In this document: positions 19,385-28,871 of the stretch, piece after piece
Position numbering within the stretch: the first letter of the stretch is position 1
How the letters are laid out: each line of letters begins with the position of its first letter
From: Candidatus Sericytochromatia bacterium
Lineage (GTDB): Bacteria; Cyanobacteriota; Sericytochromatia; S15B-MN24; UBA4093
Reading direction: 5' to 3'
Length of the DNA: 64,000 bases
Assembly: GCA_036676985.1 (NCBI GenBank)
Contig: JAKFBU010000076.1
Location: forward strand, 32,001-96,000
Translations under genes and position numbers: made by a program
Notes under the pieces: model-generated
What the model was told of the DNA's origin: nothing
Databases searched by the model: none
The model's input: the letters and a program-made list of their open reading frames with translations, nothing else

Positions 19385-19845
19385 GGCGTGGCTCCTGGTA
19401 GGCGTTGCAGGGGACTTTCGAGGCGGCGTCCGTTCTTCTGCCAGACGAGCTTTTCCGGGGTGATGGTCATCAGCATCGCACCCTCGACGCGCTCGCCGCG
19501 CCGGACGAACCGGACCTTGCCGCGGATCTTCACGGCCGCGATCGACTCGTCGCCGTCGTAGGCGATGCCCATGTAGGTGAGCTTGACCGCGGGCGGCTTG
19601 GGGGCAGGTGCCATGGGGGCCGGCACCGCTACGGCGGGCGCCGAGGGGACGCTCGGCAAGGACGGTGCCTGGTCCGTGAGCACCAGGGGGCGGAAGGGAT
19701 TCTTGCGGCCGAGCGACATCACCCGGAGCGCCTCGTCCGGAGCGGGGTTCGCCGCCGCCTGAGCCAGGGCCGCCTGACCGACGATCAGGAGCACCGACAG
19801 CACGCCGGAGATCAGGGCGCTCGGTTTGGAAAGCGGTCTGGACAT
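19381..19845 (-). CDS. PilP/GspC-like protein
   Basis: RKNPFRP motif, Pro/Ala linker, LTYMGI...AAVK...VRRGERV; precedes and overlaps the secretin. Confidence 0.7.
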   Translation of the reverse strand: MSRPLSKPSALISGVLSVLLIVGQAALAQAAANPAPDEALRVMSLGRKNPFRPLVLTDQAPSLPSVPSAPAVAVPAPMAPAPKPPAVKLTYMGIAYDGDESIAAVKIRGKVRFVRRGERVEGAMLMTITPEKLVWQKNGRRLESPLQRLPGATP

Positions 19846-20203
19846 CGGTAATGAAGGAATGTGAGGACTCCCGGGAGGGTTATGCTCCGCTATTATGCCC
19901 ACGGGAGGGTAAATTTGCACGAAAATCCGTGGTTTTCGCGAATTTCGCTTCTGTTTTCCGGGCACTATTCTGGGGAGAGTGACTGATTTTTTTGAGGTGG
20001 GGAAGTTTTCGGCTCGTAGCGAAAAATTGACTCTTCACTCCCGAAAAAAATCCCGTGAAGGGAAGCTTCACGTTACCTTCACCAAAGACACGATGGGTTC
20101 AGCTAATTTTCAGCTTCAGCGGGTAGCTTAGTCATGCAGGGACGATCGCTCGGTCGGCTAGCTGGCATCGTTGCCCCGACACGATTTGGAGGAACAGGCA
20201 TTC

Positions 20204-20596
20204 ATGTTTGCGCAGGTACCCGAAAAGAAGAGTAAGCAGTCCGGCTTCACGCTCATCGAGCTGGCCATCATCATGGCCATCGTCGCCGTGCTCGGTGCGG
20301 TGGGCGCCGTGAAGTTCGCCTCCATGAAGGATGAGGCGGCCAAGGCAGCCGAGGCGAGCGCGCTGGCGAATGCCCGTTCGGCTCTGGCCATCGCGGTAGC
20401 CAAGGACAAGGACAACAAGGTCGAGGTGGCCGAGTTCGGCACCTACCTCGAGGGCACGCTCACCGGTACGATCCCGACCCTGACGTGGACCCCCAAGGCG
20501 GGCGGCACCGAATACACCGTCACGGTGACGGGCGCGGCGGCCACGGGCATCGAGTCGGTCACGAGCGTGGTCACCAAGGCCGCAGCCGGCGGCTAG
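20204..20596 (+). CDS. Major type IV pilin
   Basis: QSG|FTLIELAIIMAIVAVL; GGAGG RBS; long AT-rich upstream region and own downstream hairpin. Confidence 0.85.
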   Translation: MFAQVPEKKSKQSGFTLIELAIIMAIVAVLGAVGAVKFASMKDEAAKAAEASALANARSALAIAVAKDKDNKVEVAEFGTYLEGTLTGTIPTLTWTPKAGGTEYTVTVTGAAATGIESVTSVVTKAAAGG

Positions 20597-20767
20597 ACTC
20601 GTACGGCACGACTTCGGGGCCCGCCAGGCAGACGCCTGGCGGGCCCGTTCCGTTCTGAAAAGGAATTTGAGTTTAAGGGAAAATAATCGAATCTTAAATA
20701 TTGATTAACGTTTCCAGATCCGCTATAACCAGAACCACGGGAAGTCCTGCTTATCCAAAAGGAGATC

Positions 20768-21610
20768 ATGCGGATGAAGAACGCTCGCAGGTTCTGGCTC
20801 CTGGTGCTCACGCTCGTCATGTCGGTCAGCCTGACCGCCTGCGGCTACTCCAACACCACCCAGCCCATCAACCTCAACGCCGCCAGCACCGAGGCGGACA
20901 CCAGCGCCCTGGACTTCACGCAGGACGAGGCGAAGACCGCCTCCGACCTCAACCAGAGCGGCGCGCTCGACGGCAAGGACTTCACGGAGTTCGAGACCGT
21001 GGTCGGCCGGACGGCCACCGCGCTCAACCCCCCCAAGGTGAACGGCTCGGCCGCCACCGAGGGCCTGGACAGCGTGCTCGAGGGCAGCAGCGGCTTCTTC
21101 AACGTGAAGCGCACCACCAAGATCGGCTACGTCCGCTCCATCGAGGCCGACAAGTACCTGCTGGTCCTCAAGAATGACCAGACCAAGCTGTCGGTCATCG
21201 GCCAGGACGGCAAGCGCGATCGCCGCATCGCCAACTACCTGAACCGCAAGGTCATCCTGCGCGGCATCATGATGGCCAACGGCAACCTGATGGTCGAGCA
21301 CATCCTCGTCATCCCGACCTTCAAGTTCATCACCGACTTCTTCTTCAAGGGCCGCCTGGCCGGCACGGTCTACATGCCCGTGAACAACCAGGGCCTGGTG
21401 GGCGCGCTGGTGGTGGTCAAGGCCAACCGCACGGGCTACCTGTTCCGGACGCAGACCAACAAGAAGGGCGAGTTCTACTTCTCGGGCCTCGATCCCGACA
21501 CCTACACGGTGACGGTGGGCCTCGGCGGGTTCAAGGGCGTCACCCAGGAGGGCGTCGCGGTCCTCAAGGGCAAGAAGACGACCCTGATGCTCGGGATGAG
21601 CTCGAACTAG
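20768..21610 (+). CDS. Lipoprotein with C-terminal carboxypeptidase-regulatory-like domain
   Basis: Lipobox LTAC; TNKKGEFYFSGLDPDTYTVTV. Confidence 0.75.
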   Translation: MRMKNARRFWLLVLTLVMSVSLTACGYSNTTQPINLNAASTEADTSALDFTQDEAKTASDLNQSGALDGKDFTEFETVVGRTATALNPPKVNGSAATEGLDSVLEGSSGFFNVKRTTKIGYVRSIEADKYLLVLKNDQTKLSVIGQDGKRDRRIANYLNRKVILRGIMMANGNLMVEHILVIPTFKFITDFFFKGRLAGTVYMPVNNQGLVGALVVVKANRTGYLFRTQTNKKGEFYFSGLDPDTYTVTVGLGGFKGVTQEGVAVLKGKKTTLMLGMSSN

Positions 21611-21624
21611 TCCTCAACACCATC

Positions 21625-21651
21625 GCCCCCCGCTGCGGCGGGGGGCTTTTT
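21625..21651 (+). terminator. Intrinsic terminator
   Basis: GCCCCCCGC / GCGGGGGGC followed by TTTTT. Confidence 0.75.
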
Positions 21652-21691
21652 CGTGCTGTGGCGACTCCTTCTACCTCCCCATCCCCCCCTG

Positions 21692-22957
21692 CTAGGGGGG
21701 GGAGGGGGGGTAGAGCGAGTCCACCCCCCGTAGCTCCAGCCGAAACGTCACCCCGCCGGGCCCGTTATCGAGCAACTCGATGGACCCACCCATCGCCACC
21801 AGGTAGTCCCGGCAGATGGCGAGCCCGAAGCCCGTCGAGGTGGGATCCTCCGGGTTCGGCGGCTGCACGCCGAAGAGCCCCGCGAGCCGGGCCGGCGGAA
21901 TGCCGGGACCGTCGTCGGACACGTCCAGCCGGATGCGATCGCCGATCCGCGCCGCCGCGAGTCCGAGCCGCCCCCCTTCGGGCAGCACCTTGAGCGCGTT
22001 GCCGATGAGGTTGTCGAGCACGATCTCGAGCCGCGGCCCATCCGCCAGCACCTGGAGGTCCGGCGCCACGTGCACCTCGGTGCTCGCGCCTCGCTTGCCG
22101 AGCACATAGCGCACCTCGTCCAGGCAGCGCTCAATGAGCGGCGAGAGCTCGGTCGGCGCCACCTCCAGCTCGAAGGGCCCTTCCGCCAGCCGGTGGCGGT
22201 CCAGGTTCTGGATGACGTTGCGCTCGAAGCGCGCCAAGGCCGCGGCGATCTTGTCCAGCCGCTTGGCGACCCGCTTGCGGTTCGACACCGAGCGACGGGC
22301 GTCGGTGAGCATGCTCTGGCCGAGCAGGAGGGGCGTCTTGAGCTGGTGCGAGACCACCGCATTCACGCGCTCCTGCAAGATGCGGTCCTCGTCGGCCTTG
22401 TGGGCGGCCAGTTGCTCGTCGATGAGGGTGCGGCCGAGCCACCGGTTTTCGAGCACCAGCGTCAACTGCTCGCATGTCTGCTGCAGCATGCCGCGATCGC
22501 GCATCGGCAGCGGTTTTCCATCGGGGCGCCCGCCCAGGATCAGGTAGCCGACGACTCCGGTGCGCCCGGTGAGCACCAGTCCGGTGGCATAGCCCTCCAC
22601 CAGGGCCGTGCCGGTCTCGGCACGCTCGAGAGAAAGGCGCTCGCGGTTCGGGCGATGGGTCCCCGATTGCCACCGGAGCTCCTCGGCCCTGGGCTCACGG
22701 GCGTACAACCCTGCGCGTTCGATGCCCAGCGCGGTGGCCAGCGTCTCCAGCAACAGGGTTTCTTCGCCCGGCAGGCCTTCGAGCTCGTTCAAGAGGTCTA
22801 ACAGGTGGCGCCTGGCTTTACGTCGGGCGTACCGTTCCGGAAAGTAGCGGCGCTGCAGCGAGCGGGTCGCCCCGATGACCACGGGGCGCCCGATCAGCGT
22901 GATCGCCGCGAACACGGCGGCATCGAGGAACGGCTGCGAACTCCAGGCGCTGGCCAT
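21692..22957 (-). CDS. Membrane-anchored sensor histidine kinase with GAF-like region
   Basis: VSHQLKTPL H box, DNLIGNALK, DDGPGI, GFGLAI; AAGGAG RBS before ATG 22957. Confidence 0.88.
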   Translation of the reverse strand: MASAWSSQPFLDAAVFAAITLIGRPVVIGATRSLQRRYFPERYARRKARRHLLDLLNELEGLPGEETLLLETLATALGIERAGLYAREPRAEELRWQSGTHRPNRERLSLERAETGTALVEGYATGLVLTGRTGVVGYLILGGRPDGKPLPMRDRGMLQQTCEQLTLVLENRWLGRTLIDEQLAAHKADEDRILQERVNAVVSHQLKTPLLLGQSMLTDARRSVSNRKRVAKRLDKIAAALARFERNVIQNLDRHRLAEGPFELEVAPTELSPLIERCLDEVRYVLGKRGASTEVHVAPDLQVLADGPRLEIVLDNLIGNALKVLPEGGRLGLAAARIGDRIRLDVSDDGPGIPPARLAGLFGVQPPNPEDPTSTGFGLAICRDYLVAMGGSIELLDNGPGGVTFRLELRGVDSLYPPSPP

Positions 22958-23012
22958 GGGATCTCCTTTCGGATCCCTTGTACCCGCGGGCGGCTTGTCG
23001 TAGGCTGGTCCC

Positions 23013-23771
23013 ATGTCCCGCGAGTATCTGCGTTTCCTGGTGTTGGTCGTCCTCCTCTCGGTCGTCGTCTATCTCATCGATGGCCTTCTGGTCGGCGGAC
23101 TTGGCGGCGGCCTGATGCGAGGCCTCGTCGTCGTGGCGGGGATCGTGACGGCGGTCCTCTTGCCGCCGGCTTGGAACTGGCTCGCTCGGTTCCGGCGCCG
23201 CACCCGTCCGCCCGTCCTCGAGGCCATGACGGCCGAGCTGGCCGTGCAGGCGAGTGCCCGGGGGGTCGCGGCGGTGCTCGTCGAGCACGTGCGTCAGCTC
23301 ACCGGCGCTACGACGGTGGCCCTCTTCCTCGGTGACGACCTCTACATCGCCGTTCCCCGGCCGCCCGAGGGCGAACCCTCGGCGATCTACGCGCTCGGAC
23401 CTCCCGATCGAGCGGGGGGAGAGATCCGCTGTCACGGGGACGTCCGGGACGAGCGCCTGGTGGCCAGGCTGTTGCGCGTCGGGGCCCTGGCCTTCCAGAA
23501 TGCCCTCCTGGCCGAGCGTGCCGCCGCGGCCGAGCAGGTGCGCAGCAAGGCGCAGGCCCAACGAGACCTCCAGCACCGCCTGACCTGGACCGTCACGACG
23601 CAGCTCTGCACCCTGCTCGAGGAGACGCGCGACGAGCTCGAGACCGTCCGGCTCTGTGCCGCCACCTTGCCGGCCGATCTGCTCGCCAGGGATCTCGAGG
23701 CCCTGGCCGATCGCCTGCGCCGCCTCGAGGCCTTCGTGCAAGACAACTTAAGAAACGCTAACGCCGTCTAG
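23013..23771 (+). CDS. Membrane protein with degenerate GAF region and coiled coil
   Basis: Two N-terminal TMs, ALAFQNALL GAF-end motif, helical tail without H box or ATPase domain. Confidence 0.65.
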   Translation: MSREYLRFLVLVVLLSVVVYLIDGLLVGGLGGGLMRGLVVVAGIVTAVLLPPAWNWLARFRRRTRPPVLEAMTAELAVQASARGVAAVLVEHVRQLTGATTVALFLGDDLYIAVPRPPEGEPSAIYALGPPDRAGGEIRCHGDVRDERLVARLLRVGALAFQNALLAERAAAAEQVRSKAQAQRDLQHRLTWTVTTQLCTLLEETRDELETVRLCAATLPADLLARDLEALADRLRRLEAFVQDNLRNANAV

Positions 23772-23843
23772 CCTTCGTTTTTCTGTTAGTCCCCTTGCCG
23801 CGGCCCCGCATCCTGGGTAGCATGGCAGGACCAGGAGGAGCCA

Positions 23844-24209
23844 ATGAACAAGACCATTCTGATCGTGGAGGATCACCCGGACGCCCTCGAGTACATCGAA
23901 GAGTTACTCGAAGAGAACGGCTACTCCGTACGGACGGCGGACAACGGCCGCAAGGGCCTCGATCTCGCCCGCTCCAGCCGTCCGGATGCCCTGATCCTCG
24001 ACGTGGTGCTGCCCCAGATGAACGGGCGCCAGATCCATGAGTCGCTCAGGGGTGACGAGGCGTTTCGCGAGGTGCCCATCCTGTTCATCACGGCGGAACA
24101 GGGTGAAGACGTCTCCGACCTGGTCGATGACCGCCACACCTTCTACATGAAAAAGGCCCTCGACGCCCAACAGCTCCTGGGGCTGCTGGAGCGGGCCCTC
24201 TCCTCTTAG
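23844..24209 (+). CDS. Single-domain response regulator
   Basis: ILIVEDH, LILDVVLPQMNG, PILFITA. Confidence 0.92.
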   Translation: MNKTILIVEDHPDALEYIEELLEENGYSVRTADNGRKGLDLARSSRPDALILDVVLPQMNGRQIHESLRGDEAFREVPILFITAEQGEDVSDLVDDRHTFYMKKALDAQQLLGLLERALSS

Positions 24210-24215
24210 CAGGGC

Positions 24216-25529
24216 ATGCGCACCGGGGGTGCGACCTGGGGCAACGAGGTCGTCTACCACGTCTTCGTGGATCGCTTCCGCAACGGCAATCCCGCCCGTG
24301 ACGTGCGCGCGGGCGAGTTCGCCTTCCATGGCCACCCGGTCGCATCCTCGACCGACAAGCGGCTGTTGACCGGGCGTCACTCCCACCAGCGGACGTTCTA
24401 CAACGGCGACCTGCCGGGCATCCGCGAGGCCGTGCCCTACCTGCACGATCTGGGCGTCACGGTGCTGCTGCTGACGCCCATCTTCGCGAGCCGCTCCTCC
24501 CATCGCTACGACACCGACGACTACCTGAGCCTGGATCCGCACCTGGGCTCCGACGAGGACTTCCGGGGCCTCCTGGACGACCTGCATGCCCGCGGCATGA
24601 AGCTCGTGCTGGACGGCGTCTTCGGCCACACCAGCTTCGAGCACCCCTGGTACGCGGATCCCGACCTGAGGCGCCGCCACTACCTGTTGAAGCCCGACGG
24701 CCGTCCCGAGACATGGCTCAACTGGGGGGTGCTGCCCAAGCTCGACACCGAGAAGGCCGAGACCCAGGAGCGCCTCATGGAGGTCGTGGATCGGTGGGCC
24801 GGGGTCGACGGCTGGCGCCTCGACGCGGCCCAGCACCTCCCGGCCTCCTTCCTGAAGCGCTTCAAGGAGCGCCTCAGGAGCCATCACCCGGAAGCCGTCG
24901 TCATCGGCGAGGAGTGGGAGCCCGTGTTCAGCCAGCTGCGCGACGGGCTCTACGACGGAGTGCTCAACTTCCAGTTCCGGCGTCCGCTCGCGGACTTCTT
25001 CCGGTTCGAGATCTCGGCCGAGACCTTCGCCCGGCGCCTGTCGCACTACATCGAGGGCTACCCTGCCGCGAGCCTGAAGCACTGCTGGAACCTCCTCGAC
25101 AACCACGACACCGAGCGCTTCTACGGCACGCATGCCAAGGACGCGCGGAGCATGCGGCTCGCGATCGCCCTCCAGACCCTGCTGCCGGGCTCACCGCAGC
25201 TCTACTACGGGGACGAGATCGGCATGCAGGCCAAGCACGCCGACGAGGCCCGCAGCCCGATGATCTGGGACCAGAAGCGCTGGAGCCGGCCCGTCCTGGG
25301 GGCGTACCGCGAGTTCCTGCGGCTGCGCCGCGCGCACCCGGTGTTCGCCGAGGGGAGCTTCGCCTGGCGCCACGTCTCGAACCGCGCCAAGCTCGTGGCC
25401 TTCGAGCGCCGTACGGCCGAGGAGCAGGCCCTGGTCGTCGTCAATGCAGGGGACTACGCGCAGCGTTTGACCCTCGACGGTTGCTCAATCGAGCTTCCGG
25501 CGCACGATGTCCGGGTGATCTTCCGCTAG
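24216..25529 (+). CDS. GH13 neopullulanase / maltodextrin glucosidase-like enzyme
   Basis: YHVFVDRF, SHRYDT, LDGVFGH, DGWRLDAA, IGEEW, LDNHDTER, YYGDEIG. Confidence 0.92.
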   Translation: MRTGGATWGNEVVYHVFVDRFRNGNPARDVRAGEFAFHGHPVASSTDKRLLTGRHSHQRTFYNGDLPGIREAVPYLHDLGVTVLLLTPIFASRSSHRYDTDDYLSLDPHLGSDEDFRGLLDDLHARGMKLVLDGVFGHTSFEHPWYADPDLRRRHYLLKPDGRPETWLNWGVLPKLDTEKAETQERLMEVVDRWAGVDGWRLDAAQHLPASFLKRFKERLRSHHPEAVVIGEEWEPVFSQLRDGLYDGVLNFQFRRPLADFFRFEISAETFARRLSHYIEGYPAASLKHCWNLLDNHDTERFYGTHAKDARSMRLAIALQTLLPGSPQLYYGDEIGMQAKHADEARSPMIWDQKRWSRPVLGAYREFLRLRRAHPVFAEGSFAWRHVSNRAKLVAFERRTAEEQALVVVNAGDYAQRLTLDGCSIELPAHDVRVIFR

Positions 25530-25584
25530 AGGGCTGATATAATCCTAAAATGCTCGTTTGGTTGGCATTTGCCGAGGAGCCCGC

Positions 25585-26220
25585 ATGATGTCCCGGATCC
25601 GTTTCCGGCTGGTGGCCCTGGTGGCCGCGGCCGTCCTCACCTCGACCCTCAATGCCTGCGTGGTCGTCACCCCCTGGCGTATGCTCTGGGGCGGCTGGCA
25701 GGAAGGCATTCCCCACGATCCCTTGATCTTCAAGAAGCTCCCCGAGCCCAAGGCTCGCCAGGCGGCCGCCGCGGCGCTGGTCGGCCTGCGGGAGAAGCCG
25801 TACCGCCTCAAGGACGTGCGGGTGCTGCCGGGTCCTGCGACCAACTCGGTGCTCCTGATGGGCTCGTTGCCCTTCAACCCGCCCGAGCCGCCCAAGGAGT
25901 TCGAGGAGGACGTTCCGGCCAACTACCGGAGCGCGGTCTTTCCGGTCTTCGTGAAGGTGACCTGGCACGAGGGCTCGCTGACCCACTTCGACGTCCACGC
26001 GCGGATCATCCGCACGCCCTTCCGGGCGGGCTGGTCGGACGCCTATGACGCCACCGGCAGCGCGGACGCCACCCCGGCCTACCTGCTGCAGCGCGCGAGC
26101 GACATGCGCACCCGGGACCAGATCCGCCAGATGGACGCGGAGCTCGACCGGCTCAACGAGACCCTGGCCAACCATGTCCGTGCCGACCTGCCCTGGGTGG
26201 TCGAGGAGGTGTCCAAGTGA
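25585..26220 (+). CDS. Hypothetical lipoprotein
   Basis: GAGGAG RBS; lipobox LNAC; stop overlaps next start. Confidence 0.65.
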   Translation: MMSRIRFRLVALVAAAVLTSTLNACVVVTPWRMLWGGWQEGIPHDPLIFKKLPEPKARQAAAAALVGLREKPYRLKDVRVLPGPATNSVLLMGSLPFNPPEPPKEFEEDVPANYRSAVFPVFVKVTWHEGSLTHFDVHARIIRTPFRAGWSDAYDATGSADATPAYLLQRASDMRTRDQIRQMDAELDRLNETLANHVRADLPWVVEEVSK

Positions 26221-26996
26221 AGCGTCTCTGGGCGATCGCCCTCGCCACCCTTTCCGTCGCCGCTCCGGCGTTCGCCAACGACACCCTGCCCTCCTCCGAA
26301 GAGCTCGACCCCTACATGCTCGAGCTGAGGCCCGAGCTGCGCCACCGCATGCAGGCCACCCACTTCATGGGCCTGGCGGGCATCGGGCAGGTCGAAGGCG
26401 AGCCGGCCTACGCCCTGGACCTGGCGGGATGGTCCTACTGGGACCGTCGCTTCTACGCGGCGGCGAGCCTCGGGGGCGTCTTCTTCTCGCCCAAGACCTT
26501 CGGCATCCAGAAGGATCCCCAGAAGCCGGACGACCGGGGCAACTTGCTGCTTCCGGCGGGTGAGGCCGCGGTCGGCTTCAATCTGGTCGGCATCAAGGAG
26601 CCCTCGAACGAGCTCGAGCCGCTGTTCAACCTCAACGATCGGGCGTACCTGACGGTGGGCGCGGGCGTTGCGGCGGGCTTCACGTATACCAAGGCCGATC
26701 AGTACGGCTTCGGCATGACGGTCGGGCCCATGGTGGCCACTCGCTACAAGCTCATGGACTGGCACAACCTGAACGTCTACGGGCGTTACCTCTACGGTTT
26801 GAACCGGGCGGCGGACTCCTACGAGGCGGCCCTGCATACGAGCTTCGGGTCCAACGTCATCGAGTTCGGGTACCGCGGCGGCCAGTCGGCCTCCTACCTC
26901 AAGCGCGACGTGGCGAGCGGACAGGACACGCTGCTCGCGGTGCCTGCGGCCGTGCCCTACGGGGCGTGGTTCGTGCGGTTCTCGCAGGGTTATTGA
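26217..26996 (+). CDS. Hypothetical outer-membrane beta-barrel protein
   Basis: Signal peptide APAFA; aromatic alternating strands; C-terminal Tyr. Confidence 0.65.
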   Translation: MKRLWAIALATLSVAAPAFANDTLPSSEELDPYMLELRPELRHRMQATHFMGLAGIGQVEGEPAYALDLAGWSYWDRRFYAAASLGGVFFSPKTFGIQKDPQKPDDRGNLLLPAGEAAVGFNLVGIKEPSNELEPLFNLNDRAYLTVGAGVAAGFTYTKADQYGFGMTVGPMVATRYKLMDWHNLNVYGRYLYGLNRAADSYEAALHTSFGSNVIEFGYRGGQSASYLKRDVASGQDTLLAVPAAVPYGAWFVRFSQGY

Positions 26997-26997
26997 C

Positions 26998-27173
26998 GAG
27001 GAGAACCCCCCCAGCCCCCCCTCTAGAGGGGGGGTAAGGATTATTGGTGGGGGAAAGCAGGGCTTCCAATGGATCATGGGTTGGGGAAAGCAGAGCTGCT
27101 CCAATGGATCCTGGATGTAGCTACTCCTCCCAAGAGCTCCCCCCCTCTAGAGGGGGGGTAGGGGGGGTCCTCC
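26998..27173. repeat. MITE-like element with inverted repeats containing CCCCCCCTCTAGAGGGGGGG
   Basis: About 37-bp imperfect terminal inverted repeats; internal direct repeat GGGGAAAGCAG..TCCAATGGATC twice; related palindrome at 21671-21713. Confidence 0.65.
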
Positions 27174-27262
27174 TTATTCCTCCCCCGCCTCTCGTCCACC
27201 ATGTCCAACCCCCCGCTGCACCTTTCCAGCTACCATAGGGGCTGACCGAAAGGAGGCTGGAC

Positions 27263-28240
27263 ATGGAGACGTTTCGAGCGGTCGTCCTGGACGAGTCCGG
27301 AGCCAGCCTCAAGGACCTGCCCCTCTCGACCCTGCCGCCCGGCGAGGTGCTCGTCGACGTCGCCTACTCCAGCCTCAACTACAAGGACGGCCTCGCCCTC
27401 ATGGGCCGCAACAAGGTCGTCCGCCAGTACCCCATGGTCCCGGGCGTCGACCTCGCGGGCATCGTCCGCGAGTCGAGCGATCCCCGCTACGAGCCGGGCG
27501 ATCGCGTCGTCCTGACGGGCTGGGGCGTCGGCGAGCGCCACTGGGGCGGCTTTGCCCAGATGGCCCGGGTCTCGGCCGACTGGCTCGTCCCCCTGCCCCA
27601 GGGCCTTGACCTCCTGGAGGCCATGGCCATTGGCTCGGCCGGCCTCACGGCCATGCTCTGCGTGCTCGCCCTCGAGGACCGCGGCCTCGGGCGCGATCGC
27701 GAGGTCCTCGTCACCGGGGCCGCGGGTGGGGTGGGGAGCGTCGCGGTGGCCGTCCTCTCGCGCCTCGGCTACCCCGTCGCGGCCGCGACCGGCCGCCCCG
27801 AGGAGGAGTCCTTTTTGCGGAGCCTCGGCGCCCAGACCGTCCTCGACCGCCGGGAGCTCTCGGCCCCCTCCGACAAGCCCCTCGAGACCGAGCGCTTTGG
27901 AGGGGCCGTGGACGTGGTGGGCGGCGAGCTGCTCGCGGGGATCCTGCGCCAGATGGCCTACGGCACGAGCGTGGCCGCCACGGGCCTCGCGGGCGGGCGC
28001 GAGCTCCACACCACCGTCCTGCCCTTCATCCTGCGCGGTGTGAGCCTGCTCGGGGTCGACTCGGTCCGTACCCCCCTCGCCCTGAGGCGCCGTGCCTGGG
28101 AGCGGCTCTCCACGGACCTGCCGCGCGAGCTATTGGCCCGGCTCATGCAGGTGGTTCCCCTCGGCGCGACCTTGACCCTCGGCCCCGCGATCCTTGCGGG
28201 GCGCGTCAAGGGACGGACCGTCGTCGACGTCAACGCCTGA
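27263..28240 (+). CDS. acuI: Acryloyl-CoA reductase AcuI/YhdH family (MDR oxidoreductase)
   Basis: YSSLNYKDGLA, GWGVGERHWGG, VTGAAGGVGS, LPFILRGVSLLGVDSV. Confidence 0.9.
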   Translation: METFRAVVLDESGASLKDLPLSTLPPGEVLVDVAYSSLNYKDGLALMGRNKVVRQYPMVPGVDLAGIVRESSDPRYEPGDRVVLTGWGVGERHWGGFAQMARVSADWLVPLPQGLDLLEAMAIGSAGLTAMLCVLALEDRGLGRDREVLVTGAAGGVGSVAVAVLSRLGYPVAAATGRPEEESFLRSLGAQTVLDRRELSAPSDKPLETERFGGAVDVVGGELLAGILRQMAYGTSVAATGLAGGRELHTTVLPFILRGVSLLGVDSVRTPLALRRRAWERLSTDLPRELLARLMQVVPLGATLTLGPAILAGRVKGRTVVDVNA

Positions 28241-28499
28241 CCGGCTGACTTTTAGCGCCGGAAGACGTCAGTTTTGGCGCCGGACACGCCATAACTTCTG
28301 AACGGTCCGGCCGCTGAGTCAGCCGGGAAGCCGAGTTTGCTCACCACAAAGCTTAACGTCCACGCAGCAGATTGATCATGACGACGTCGCACTCACCGCG
28401 CATCCTAACACCTGACGAAAGGCCTTGTTTCACGGCAGCCGGGGCTCTCCGGCGTTCGGGACCGGGGGAGGCCGGCCGTTCCATGCCGGGGATGACGCC

Positions 28500-28871
28500 G
28501 TGAGCCACCGCCTCCTGGTCGTCGAGGACGACCCCTCCAACTCCCGCCTGTTCCGCCTCATCTGCGAGGCGGCCGGCTACCAGGTCTCCGAGGCCACCAA
28601 CGGCTACCGGGCCCTCGAGATGGTCCAGTCGGAGCCGTTCGACGTGGTCCTCATGGATCTCCAGATCCCGGGGGTGGACGGCCTGAGCGTGACCCGGGCG
28701 ATCAAGGCGCGGGCCGAGACGGCCCACCTGCCGGTGATCATCGCGACGGCCCGGGTGGAGGACGCCGCGCGGGCCAGCCTCAAGGAGGCCGGTGCGGTGG
28801 CCGTCCTCCTCAAGCCGTTCACGCGCCGGGTGCTGATCGATTGTCTGGATCGGGTGCTCAGAGGCTCCTAG
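28500..28871 (+). CDS. Single-domain response regulator
   Basis: LLVVEDD, VLMDLQIPGVDG, IATA, LKPF; GTG start inferred. Confidence 0.88.
   Translation: MSHRLLVVEDDPSNSRLFRLICEAAGYQVSEATNGYRALEMVQSEPFDVVLMDLQIPGVDGLSVTRAIKARAETAHLPVIIATARVEDAARASLKEAGAVAVLLKPFTRRVLIDCLDRVLRGS

Noticed and set aside
27048-27110. CRISPR array
   Set aside because: Only two imperfect units with a spacer under 10 bp; no cas genes
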